Virus record (IMG/VR): IMGVR_UViG_3300027969_000042
Coordinates: 96,001 to 160,000 of that record
From: a virus
Length of the DNA stretch: 64,000 bases
Strand: one strand, 5' to 3'
Notes under the pieces: model-generated
The model's database searches: none
The model's input: only the letters and a program-made list of their open reading frames with translations
Told to the model about the DNA's origin: nothing
Shown: piece after piece, positions 17,432 through 27,024 of the stretch
Position numbering within the stretch: the first letter of the stretch is position 1
How the letters are laid out: the number at the start of each line of letters is the position of its first letter
Translations under genes and position numbers: made by a program

Positions 17432-19594
17432 TTAATAAAATTTCTGAAATCTAGCATCACTAACTTCTACTGATACTGTTTGTATTTTTGTACCACTGTA
17501 ATAAACACTTAAATCATAAGTATTAGGAGATACTTCTAAAACAAAAGCACCACTCCATTTTTTTGTACCTAAGTTGTAACCCATACCGAATAAACTCCAT
17601 GGATATTTAGAACCATCGTCACCCCATTTTATTACTTCTTGCCATACTGTAGAATTATTTAAAGATAAAACAATTTTTAGTTCTTTTTCTAAGAAACTTT
17701 TAAATTGATCATCACTTAATAATCTCTCGTTAAAGGTGCTTTCTTTGTTATATCTTTCAATATTTACATTTTTAAGAGTAAACCTAAAAATTTTATCTAT
17801 ATTATTATCATAAATACCAGTTATTTCAACATAGTTAAACCCAGTTATCTGTGGTTCAGTTGTGACTGGAGCTACAGCTGGAGTTGGTGTAACAGGATTT
17901 GTAACTGAATCAATAGTCGGTGTGGCTGTTGTAGCCGCAATAGTTGGTGTATCAGGTGTATCAGGTGTAGTAGGAACAAAATTATCAAACTCACTTTGTT
18001 TACAAAGAGTATAAGTAAATGTTTCTTTTTTGGCAATAGTAACTTGACTTTCACATAATGTTATAAATTGATCCCACTGTGATACTGTTTTAAATACTTG
18101 AGCACCACCAGAATAATTAAATACATTTTCTGCAGATCCTACATCACTTGATTTATGTAGTAAAACAATTGATTTTATATTTATTTTCTCTGATTTATAA
18201 TTATAAATTTTTGTAGAGTCATTTATATGTATAGTAGCCTCGGCAATTTTTAAACACTTATCATTTTTAGGAGGAGTTGCAGTAGGATCTGATATATAAG
18301 TATCTAACTTACATTGATCATTATATTGTCCTAATGCTAATAACCCAACACCCTCTGGTAATAATTCAGTTTTCGGGAAATAACCTGGCATTGTTGTTAT
18401 TTGATATTCTAATAATTCCCAATTTCCATTTTGATTTTTATAGAATACGTTTAATGTATCATCAAATTTATTTGATATACTACCATCGTCTTTTTTAGAT
18501 GATTGGAATGCGACAATATTTAATATCCCAATTTGATCAAATGTTCGGTAACCCTTAGACTTTAAGAAACTAATCAATTTATCTATCTTTGGATTAGATG
18601 TTGTTGATGATAATGGATCGGCAGGTGGATTAGTATTTATAGGACCTGCTACACCATTTGCCACACTTGCACTCGCAACAGTTGTCGAAGTAACACCATT
18701 AGTACTTGCACTCGCACCTTGTCCAGTTATAGGGGCAGTTGTAGGAGTATTTATTGAAGGTTCTACGTGTTTATCATTATACTCTGGTTTAGGACCATCT
18801 ACTGGTTTGAAATTCTCATTAGTCTTTTTAGTTAGATTATTTTCTTTCTTTGTAGAGTTCCAAGCATCTCCAAGTTGTGCAGTATCTTCTCTATGGGTAT
18901 TTTTAACAGTTGAGACTTTATTATTATCTACAATATTTACGTGGTGTGATAAGAAAACAGGATCTCTTAATTGTTTATATTTCATTAAAACTTGTATCAT
19001 AGCAGGGTTAGTAACAACAGGTGCACCTAAGTTACCTAAATAAGGTCCTCCTTTATTTCCCATTAAATTATCAACAAACTCATCAAACCAATCCATCCAA
19101 TGGTTTCCTAAAATTGCTTGTTGTCCTGCAGTTGCATCTCCAATATTTACGTGTCTATTATTGTCCTTTAAATTAAGGTCAATTGTATTGTCTGTAATAT
19201 TGATATTATTGAACTTATGATCTATTTTTAAACCTTCTTTATCGTTTACGTATATTTGAGTTTTATGATCAAATATAAGAGACTTCATAGAAACATAATC
19301 AGTTGCTGATAATGATGTTAGTTTTTTTTCTAAATTTACATTATAGTGATCTGCAGATATAAACTCTGGTTTGTGTTCATCACCTGAATCAAATACAACT
19401 AAAAGTACTTTACCTTTCTCAGGTACATTAAACTCATTACCATTAAGATCCTTCCACGGACTGGCCCATGGAATTGCACTAACTTCAATATCATCAAATA
19501 CATCTAAAACTCTAACTCTTGCACGACCTAATTTTAATGGATCATTATTATCTTCAACAATACCAATATATGTTTTATTTGCTTCTACTCTCAT
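17432..19594 (-). CDS. Baseplate spike/hub protein, T4 gp5-like OB-fold, plus an L,D-transpeptidase-like domain
   Basis: YIGIVEDNNDPLKLGRARVRV..IPWA..VPEKG.VL.VF..GD..P is the gp5 N-terminal OB fold. A later domain reads LNIVAF..NKFDD..TTMPG..GQY..IH..SGGAQV. Confidence 0.8.
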   Translation of the reverse strand: MRVEANKTYIGIVEDNNDPLKLGRARVRVLDVFDDIEVSAIPWASPWKDLNGNEFNVPEKGKVLLVVFDSGDEHKPEFISADHYNVNLEKKLTSLSATDYVSMKSLIFDHKTQIYVNDKEGLKIDHKFNNINITDNTIDLNLKDNNRHVNIGDATAGQQAILGNHWMDWFDEFVDNLMGNKGGPYLGNLGAPVVTNPAMIQVLMKYKQLRDPVFLSHHVNIVDNNKVSTVKNTHREDTAQLGDAWNSTKKENNLTKKTNENFKPVDGPKPEYNDKHVEPSINTPTTAPITGQGASASTNGVTSTTVASASVANGVAGPINTNPPADPLSSTTSNPKIDKLISFLKSKGYRTFDQIGILNIVAFQSSKKDDGSISNKFDDTLNVFYKNQNGNWELLEYQITTMPGYFPKTELLPEGVGLLALGQYNDQCKLDTYISDPTATPPKNDKCLKIAEATIHINDSTKIYNYKSEKINIKSIVLLHKSSDVGSAENVFNYSGGAQVFKTVSQWDQFITLCESQVTIAKKETFTYTLCKQSEFDNFVPTTPDTPDTPTIAATTATPTIDSVTNPVTPTPAVAPVTTEPQITGFNYVEITGIYDNNIDKIFRFTLKNVNIERYNKESTFNERLLSDDQFKSFLEKELKIVLSLNNSTVWQEVIKWGDDGSKYPWSLFGMGYNLGTKKWSGAFVLEVSPNTYDLSVYYSGTKIQTVSVEVSDARFQKFY

Positions 19595-19600
19595 AATTTA

Positions 19601-21832
19601 TTACTTTTTAATAAAGTTAGTAGCACCATTTAAAACGTTACTAACTGCACCACCTGCAAAGTCTGCCAATTCATTTCTAATATCATAAAAAAATCTATCA
19701 GTTGTATTTGTTAGTGCAATACCCATTGGATCTTGTGGACCTACATAGATATTTTGTGGTGGACTAATTCCTTTTTTTCCAACAAAGTCAATTAAAAGTT
19801 TATTTATTGTTCTTGATAATAAACTAACTCTACCATTTACTAATGTTGCTAATTCTTGTTTAGCACTTTTTATAGTTTTATCTTTTAATCTTTCAATAAA
19901 GTTACCAATATTAGTATCTGCTTTTTTGTTAGTTAGCTCTTTTAAAGATGTTGGTATTCCAATTGTTTTATTTTTCTCAGTAAAGTTTTTTATGGCAGAC
20001 TCTGCACTATTTTTTAATAATGTTTTAGGATTATTTAATAACTCTAATTTTTTATTTTGTTCTTTAACTAATTTACTTAGATCTGCACCGATCGCAGTTT
20101 GATCTTTAGCATACCTTTTAAATTTATCTAAGTCAAATTTATCTTCTTCATCCTTTGTTTGTAAATCATCTATCTTCTCATCAATTGAAAATCCTAAAGG
20201 GTTTTCTGGTAAATTAACACCAAATCTATTTAATACTGCTGGTGATTTAACACCATTGTTATTAGTTGTATTAGTACCTGATGTGAAAAATCTAGGTAAA
20301 GAAGTATCGCTTGTAGTTGATTGTGTTCCACCTCTTTGTACTCTTGCACCCGCGTTACCGATTTTCCAAATAGCACCACCATCATATCCAATATATTTAC
20401 CGAAATTTGCAGATGGCATAAATTTTTCAAACTTAACTGTAGAATATTTATAATCAAACTGAATACCATAAGTATCATATGTTGCAATAGCAGCCATATC
20501 AATATCAGGATTGTGAGGCATTGTATTAAAAAAGAACTGACATTCTTTTAAAGAGTAAACATATCTAGATAAGTTATCTTTAATAACCTCTAAATCACCG
20601 TTATCCATAGCTTTTCTAACTCTATTAAAATTTCTACACTCAGAAACTATAATATCACAGTTAAATCTTAGTAGATTTTCAGGTACTATACTTTTACCAT
20701 TTGGTTTAGACCAATATAGTAATTTATATAAATGTGCTAAAGTACCCATTGTCAGTGATACATCCTCTGTAAAATCAAGTGTAATAACATCCGTTCTATA
20801 ATCAACCAGAAATTTTTTCTTATCTGGAGTATTTGATTCTATTAAATTTCCTAATCCACCAATTTTTTTAAGATAATAACTCATATATGATGTTTTTCCA
20901 CCTCTAAAAAGATCTTTAGAACTATCAGTATTTGCATAACCAGGTTTAGTTTTACTCATTGATACTTGTTCATCATTTATATTTACAGTAGTTTTAGTTC
21001 TAAATAGTTTTACAAATTGTTGTTTAAAATCCTCATAGACCGGAATTTTATACTTTATCTCATCAACCCCACTATAAATCTTTAAAAAATCAAGTACAGA
21101 ACCATTTAATAATGGAGAGGATATATCATCTATTATAATCTCAAATCCAAACATAACAGGGTCGTTATTCTCATAAGGTGTTTGTTGAAATTGTGATAAA
21201 CGTAATTCTGATTTACCATTTTCTGGATTTTCAATAGGAGTTAAATTATCAATTATTTGTAAACCATGTTTAAAATAATCAGTTCTTGTATCATTAAATA
21301 ATAAGTAATAATCACGTGTACTATAGGGAGATGATTTCAAATCTTTTGGTTTTTTAGGTAAATTTTTACTCTCACTAAACCTCTCATCAGTATCTAAGAT
21401 AGTAGAATTTGCACCCGGCTTTATTAGTTGTCCCAACCAATCAACATACTCATACTCTCCTACTTTAATTTGATTTACTGTATTAGGAGTTGCTTCTAAT
21501 TTATTTTCAGGACTAGTAGTATTAGTATCACCATTCGCATATTGTTCGGTTGACTTTGGAGTACTACCATATCTAAAATCTTTACTAGGTCCTATAAAAT
21601 ATGGAGACAAAAATCCTTTATCAATACTTGCCTGTGGCCAAGGATTTCCATTTTTAATAATATTATCAATATTTGATCTCAAATCACCTTTAAGCTTATT
21701 AAGTTCAATAGTTTCAATTTGTCCAGTTTCTTTGTTAAAGATAGTATAAGTTCCTGCTTTATACGAGTATTTAGGAGGAGTACCAACAATTGATTCAGCA
21801 CTAGTAGAAGTAGACAGTTTACTTAGATCCAT
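19601..21832 (-). CDS. Putative tail/baseplate structural protein
   Basis: 743-aa ORF co-oriented in the baseplate cluster; no enzyme motif. Confidence 0.5.
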   Translation of the reverse strand: MDLSKLSTSTSAESIVGTPPKYSYKAGTYTIFNKETGQIETIELNKLKGDLRSNIDNIIKNGNPWPQASIDKGFLSPYFIGPSKDFRYGSTPKSTEQYANGDTNTTSPENKLEATPNTVNQIKVGEYEYVDWLGQLIKPGANSTILDTDERFSESKNLPKKPKDLKSSPYSTRDYYLLFNDTRTDYFKHGLQIIDNLTPIENPENGKSELRLSQFQQTPYENNDPVMFGFEIIIDDISSPLLNGSVLDFLKIYSGVDEIKYKIPVYEDFKQQFVKLFRTKTTVNINDEQVSMSKTKPGYANTDSSKDLFRGGKTSYMSYYLKKIGGLGNLIESNTPDKKKFLVDYRTDVITLDFTEDVSLTMGTLAHLYKLLYWSKPNGKSIVPENLLRFNCDIIVSECRNFNRVRKAMDNGDLEVIKDNLSRYVYSLKECQFFFNTMPHNPDIDMAAIATYDTYGIQFDYKYSTVKFEKFMPSANFGKYIGYDGGAIWKIGNAGARVQRGGTQSTTSDTSLPRFFTSGTNTTNNNGVKSPAVLNRFGVNLPENPLGFSIDEKIDDLQTKDEEDKFDLDKFKRYAKDQTAIGADLSKLVKEQNKKLELLNNPKTLLKNSAESAIKNFTEKNKTIGIPTSLKELTNKKADTNIGNFIERLKDKTIKSAKQELATLVNGRVSLLSRTINKLLIDFVGKKGISPPQNIYVGPQDPMGIALTNTTDRFFYDIRNELADFAGGAVSNVLNGATNFIKK

Positions 21833-21875
21833 TAAGTTAAATTATATTTGTAGTATATATAAATATTTTACTTTT

Positions 21876-24020
21876 CTATGCGACTTGTACTCCCGTCAAT
21901 TTAGCGATTTTTTTACCACCTTGTGCAATTAATGAAGCCGATCTAGAACCTAGACTTTTACCAGTTCCTAATTTATACATTCTATGACCACCATTTACTC
22001 TTTCAATAACACTAGATTTTAATAAAGATTCTGAATCTTTCTTACCAGAATTATACTCTTCATTTATTACCTTTAATAATCCTTTAATCCATCCAACTCC
22101 ATTCCACTGTGCATAAATGACATTAAACATTAATCTACCATCAGACTTAATAAGTGCTTGTATATTTTTATCAGGACAATAGTTGTTTAGACTACTATTA
22201 AATTTTGGTTCCATCACACCAGCGGCAAGTTTTACTAATTGACTATATAATGGTTCTTTTGGCATGTGATTCCATCTCCATTTACTTCTTGCACCGGAAC
22301 TATCAATTGCAGACCAAAAGTTTTTTGCAGCAGTACTGGTACTATCTCCTTGTTTTCTATCTAAACCAAACATGGTTTCACCACTAGTACTATATCTACT
22401 ATCTTTAACCCTACCATCCTTTGTCATATCTGGATGAAAATATCCTCCCTCTAAATTAGAAATAACTGCCTCTGTAACTTGTGTAAAAGTCATCGACTTT
22501 GTCAGCTTACTTGGTTTTAATTTGGCACTTGCTTCAAAATTTCCAGCCCCATTATTACCTGAAACAGAGTCAGATGTGTCATTAAGTCTTGCCTCAGCCA
22601 TATCCATTTGTACTTCTGCCAACTCTTCCATTTGTTCTAATGCAAATTCATCTTGACCAGCAAACTCATCCTCAACATATTCACTACCATAAACATCTAC
22701 ACCATCATCATATAATAAAGTTTCATCTTCTTGACCAATAATGAATAAATTACCAAAGTCTGCATTTGAAAATATATCCAACTGTTCTACATTAAAAGTA
22801 AACTCTTGTGTTCCAATTGTACTTGTAGTTGGACCAGGAATCGAACTTTCTGATGCCCCAGTTACGGTACTTGCCGATGAACCCACTGGTAAATCACTTG
22901 GTGGTACTACTGGAGGACCATCTGGTTCTGTATATTTAAGATAAATTGATAAACCATAAGTACCTTCGATTATATTTTGTAAAGCAAGAATTGCATCAGT
23001 TGCAAGATTATTTTTAGTCGAAGTACTTTTACCACCATTAAATGTAATAGTTCCAGAATTATTTGGTACTACTACTTTAGTCTTTGGATTTGTCCATGGA
23101 TTTGGTAATCCATTTAATGTACTATTAGGTATTATGTAATTTCCACTTTCAATAAAAACTATTTTACCTTGTACTTTCTTCTCAATATCACTCAATGGAT
23201 TTATTACACTCAATATATAATCAGTGTTTGTACCGGATTGTGTTCCAGACTGTGTTCCAGAAGTTTGAGATGGAAAAAAACCATCACCTGCTTCTAAAAC
23301 TGCCAGAAAATATTTAGATTGTTCAGCAGTACCTAAAGGTAACCGAGTACCTGTATGATAATAACCTTTTAAATAATCATCAGTCAACTCATCTTCAATT
23401 CTCATAAAAATACTAGAGTAGTCTTTATATTTTAAATTTGATACAGATATTTTTGTATTATATATAACTCTATATAAAGAATGCATCCAAAAGTCAAACC
23501 AAGCTTTACCACCTAAGTTTTTTAGTTGTTTATATGATTTCAAACTTTCAAAACTACCATCTTTAGTTCTTAATATATTATATAAATCCTGGTGTGTTTT
23601 AAGACCTGTTTCATATTGTTCTGCCAAGTATGACATAGTTGCGTAAGTATATCCTTCGGTGTATAAAGAGGTTGGAGTTATTAGATTATCATCTCTATCA
23701 TATTTTCTATCGACATAATCTTCTACAATCTCAGGGTTTGACCTATAATTATTATATTGGATACTATAGTTTTTAGGTCCACTTGCAGGATAAGACCAGT
23801 CAAATAATTGACCTAATGTTGTTACATCAAATCCGTCTATTGTAAATTTATCAGTGATACCTAAAACATCCATTTTTGGCATCTTTAGTGTAAAGGGATC
23901 CGTAAGTGCAATTGCAGTTTGTCTAGCTGCTAAGTAAGCATCTACCTCACTTTGTGCATTTGCTATCTCTACATCTACTGCAGTATTCCATGCATCAATA
24001 AGCTCTTGTATCTTTGACAT
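21876..24020 (-). CDS. Virion protein with C-terminal GH108-like lysozyme domain
   Basis: ISNLEGGYFHPD...SGETMFGLD motif. N-terminal half is paralogous to the next gene. TQSG repeats. Ends in TAG. Confidence 0.7.
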   Translation of the reverse strand: MSKIQELIDAWNTAVDVEIANAQSEVDAYLAARQTAIALTDPFTLKMPKMDVLGITDKFTIDGFDVTTLGQLFDWSYPASGPKNYSIQYNNYRSNPEIVEDYVDRKYDRDDNLITPTSLYTEGYTYATMSYLAEQYETGLKTHQDLYNILRTKDGSFESLKSYKQLKNLGGKAWFDFWMHSLYRVIYNTKISVSNLKYKDYSSIFMRIEDELTDDYLKGYYHTGTRLPLGTAEQSKYFLAVLEAGDGFFPSQTSGTQSGTQSGTNTDYILSVINPLSDIEKKVQGKIVFIESGNYIIPNSTLNGLPNPWTNPKTKVVVPNNSGTITFNGGKSTSTKNNLATDAILALQNIIEGTYGLSIYLKYTEPDGPPVVPPSDLPVGSSASTVTGASESSIPGPTTSTIGTQEFTFNVEQLDIFSNADFGNLFIIGQEDETLLYDDGVDVYGSEYVEDEFAGQDEFALEQMEELAEVQMDMAEARLNDTSDSVSGNNGAGNFEASAKLKPSKLTKSMTFTQVTEAVISNLEGGYFHPDMTKDGRVKDSRYSTSGETMFGLDRKQGDSTSTAAKNFWSAIDSSGARSKWRWNHMPKEPLYSQLVKLAAGVMEPKFNSSLNNYCPDKNIQALIKSDGRLMFNVIYAQWNGVGWIKGLLKVINEEYNSGKKDSESLLKSSVIERVNGGHRMYKLGTGKSLGSRSASLIAQGGKKIAKLTGVQVA

Positions 24021-24026
24021 TATTCA

Positions 24027-26981
24027 TTAAATATTTTTTATAGTTGCTTTTACTTCTTTACCATTTGTAGAAACTTCAGTAATTGTCAATTTAAACGCTT
24101 TACCAGAATTGTTCTGAACAAGGAATACCTGACCAACTTTATAAACACTATTTGGTGGTACGGCAGTTGATAATATAGGTTGTGTTTGACCCGGTACTAC
24201 AGGATTTTCGTTATTCTGTGTATTTGTTTCTGCATTTGTAGGTGCAGAATTTGCATCTTTTTTCAACTCATCATCTGTTTTACTAAGCTCTTTTCTAACA
24301 GCGGTAACTTTTTGAGTTAAATTGCCTTGTGTCCAAGTATATGATATATCAATAATAACCCATTCACCTGTTAAACGTTTTTGTGAGATCTCATCATTAT
24401 TAACAGAAGTTTTCATATTTATAAAGTTTAACTGTATCTTCATAAATTTATATAAATTGAAATTTGCGTTAGGAAGTTCTAAATCAACAGAAATTCTAGC
24501 CATATTATCAAAGTTTACTTTATTCTGTGTTTCTGAATAATAGTATTGTTTATGTACATTCTCAGTATCCATTTTACCAGAGTATCTTGTACGATAATTA
24601 TCTTTAATACTTTTATCATCAGACGGAGAACCTTTTAGTATAATACTTTTTGATCCATCTGATGTCTGTGAATCAACATCAAATACTAAAAATTGCTTTT
24701 TTAAACTATCATATGTTTTTGATACTGTGAAGTGACCATTATTAAGAGAAGTTTGTGTTGAATTATTATTTACTCTATACCTATTAAAGAAAAATGAACT
24801 ACTATTTTGACTTAAATCATTACTCAATTGTAATTTTACAACCTTTTCACTTTCTTCTTTTGTATTTAAGTGATTTAAACCTCTCGAATTTATACCAACA
24901 TCTTTAGATATATCTCTAATCCATTCTTTTTCAATATCTACATAATTGAAACAATAATAAAAGTCTACATAACCTATAAGAAATGTTTTATCTGAAATAT
25001 ATGAATGTGAAATAATATCAGTAATAAATGTTCTAAATAGCTTACCATTATTTACCCAGGTCATACTATCAGAAGTATTTGTAATATTAGAATTAAATCC
25101 TATTCCCAACTCCTTACACATTTTTTGCAATGTCTCAAATGAAGTTCCTTTATAACTCTGAAATCTTATTTTATAAAAATCTTGAAGGTCTAGTGTACCG
25201 ACTATTGTATAAGTTTTACTTTTATTTTCTTGGAAATTATTTAATTTAAACTTTAGATGTATTGATTTTAGATTCTTTGAACCAGAATTTAAAAATATCT
25301 CAAATTTACTATCATCAAGTGGAAATCCATCTTTTTTCATAACTCCCATTGAGTCAACAAAAACAATAGATACCATAGGTACTAGACCATCATAATATAA
25401 ATTCAGTGAGTTTATATATCGTTGATCTATCTGAACACCAGAATACCAGAAAAATGGAGTAAATCCAAGAGCACCTGCTACTTCTGCATTATCTTTATTA
25501 TTTTGTAATGCATCAAATTCAATAGGTTTTAGTTTAATTGTTGGTTTATCTATCTGTGCAATTATTGGACGTGTGCCTTGTATATCTTTTGGTTCTTGTT
25601 CACCACCTCTTGACTTATCTTGTGCTATAACATCATCTTCTGGTAAAACTTTTATTGTAACTTCAGATGTTTCTATAAGATTTGAATCAGGTATTACCGA
25701 AATAACATAATCACCAGGTGCATCAAATTGAATACCTGCAAAATTCACAAAACCATCTTTAACTGTTTGTTCTACTTCACCTATTAGTTCACCAGGACCA
25801 CTTTTCTTTTGTAGCTTAATCTTTATTCCAGTTGCATCAAAAGTACTTTGAGTCATACCAGATTGAGTTGCAGTTAAAGGTGCAGAAGACTGAGTACCAG
25901 ATTGAGTACCAGATTCAGGTCCGGATACTAAAGAAGTGTCAGATGGTGTATATTGTAACTTTAATTCTATTCCCCAGTGATAATCTATAAGATTTTGTAG
26001 ATTTCTAATTGCATCATCTGCTATTATTGTATCACTTAAATTACCTGTATTATTAAGAGGTCTACCATCATATGAAATAGTACCATTTTTATCAACTTGT
26101 TTATCTGTCTTTGGATTTTTCCATGGATTCGGTAAGTTATTTAATACAGATTTTGCAATTCTATCTTTTCCTTGTTCAGAAAATTTAAGTGTACCTTCTA
26201 TCTTTTTATCATTATCACTTTTTGGATCTTTTACTGATATTTTATATTCTACATTAGGTACATTAGATTGTGTAGTAGATTGAGTACCAGATTGAGTACC
26301 AGATTGAGTACCAGATTGAGTCGCAGCTACAACACCAGGTGGAAGTTGATAGTTATCGCCTGCTTCAATAAAAGCATCGTAAAGAATTGGAAGTGTAGTA
26401 ATCCAACTTGTTGAAACATCTGCAATATCACCATAATTATATTTGAATTCTGAAATAAAATCACTATAATCATCAGTAAACTCATCAGAATTTTTATAAT
26501 CTGATATTGATTTTTTCTCATCTTTTAAAAATTTAAGTGCAGATGACATGAACGCATCAAACCATTTTTGTGCACCATATTTTCTAAGGTCATTAATAAA
26601 TTTTACTTGTAGTGAAGCTCCATATGTTTTTTTAAGAATATCTTCTAGTGGTTTTGCTCCAGTATCTTGATCCTTAAGCTCTGCAAAAACATCACCGAGA
26701 CTAGTAGGATCATTTCCACTAGGAAACCATCTTTCACCACCTTCTGGATTATGATAGATATACTTAAATAGATCTCCAACTGTACTTACAGCGGGATCTC
26801 TACGATAAACACCATCACTATCTGGTTCTTTCTTATAGGGCCAAGAACAAATTTTACCATAGGTTATTGCAATAGCAGACGCTCTTGCAGTTTTATATTC
26901 GGCTACTTTACCAGTATAAAAGTTAAGTTTTGCTAAAGTGAGAGTCTCAAAATTATCAATGAAAATTTGTATTTTTGACAT
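24027..26981 (-). CDS. Baseplate hub-like (gp27/late-control-D-like) protein with N-terminal duplicated module
   Basis: Position next to the gp5-like gene. C-terminal half has hub-like features (SFETLQKMCKELGIGF, RLTGEWVIIDISY). Confidence 0.5.
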   Translation of the reverse strand: MSKIQIFIDNFETLTLAKLNFYTGKVAEYKTARASAIAITYGKICSWPYKKEPDSDGVYRRDPAVSTVGDLFKYIYHNPEGGERWFPSGNDPTSLGDVFAELKDQDTGAKPLEDILKKTYGASLQVKFINDLRKYGAQKWFDAFMSSALKFLKDEKKSISDYKNSDEFTDDYSDFISEFKYNYGDIADVSTSWITTLPILYDAFIEAGDNYQLPPGVVAATQSGTQSGTQSGTQSTTQSNVPNVEYKISVKDPKSDNDKKIEGTLKFSEQGKDRIAKSVLNNLPNPWKNPKTDKQVDKNGTISYDGRPLNNTGNLSDTIIADDAIRNLQNLIDYHWGIELKLQYTPSDTSLVSGPESGTQSGTQSSAPLTATQSGMTQSTFDATGIKIKLQKKSGPGELIGEVEQTVKDGFVNFAGIQFDAPGDYVISVIPDSNLIETSEVTIKVLPEDDVIAQDKSRGGEQEPKDIQGTRPIIAQIDKPTIKLKPIEFDALQNNKDNAEVAGALGFTPFFWYSGVQIDQRYINSLNLYYDGLVPMVSIVFVDSMGVMKKDGFPLDDSKFEIFLNSGSKNLKSIHLKFKLNNFQENKSKTYTIVGTLDLQDFYKIRFQSYKGTSFETLQKMCKELGIGFNSNITNTSDSMTWVNNGKLFRTFITDIISHSYISDKTFLIGYVDFYYCFNYVDIEKEWIRDISKDVGINSRGLNHLNTKEESEKVVKLQLSNDLSQNSSSFFFNRYRVNNNSTQTSLNNGHFTVSKTYDSLKKQFLVFDVDSQTSDGSKSIILKGSPSDDKSIKDNYRTRYSGKMDTENVHKQYYYSETQNKVNFDNMARISVDLELPNANFNLYKFMKIQLNFINMKTSVNNDEISQKRLTGEWVIIDISYTWTQGNLTQKVTAVRKELSKTDDELKKDANSAPTNAETNTQNNENPVVPGQTQPILSTAVPPNSVYKVGQVFLVQNNSGKAFKLTITEVSTNGKEVKATIKNI
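26277..26321. repeat. 12-nt tandem repeat (AGATTGAGTACC x3.75) encoding TQSG repeats
   Basis: Seen directly. Related TQSG tracts near 25880-25915 and 23230-23265. Confidence 0.9.
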
Positions 26982-27024
26982 TAAATATAATAAATTTTAT
27001 CTATTATATATAAAGATAGTGTCG

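Noticed and set aside
26277-26321. CRISPR-like or regulatory repeat array
   Set aside because: The repeats are contiguous, in-frame coding (TQSG), with no spacers. No CRISPR array or cas gene was seen in the window.
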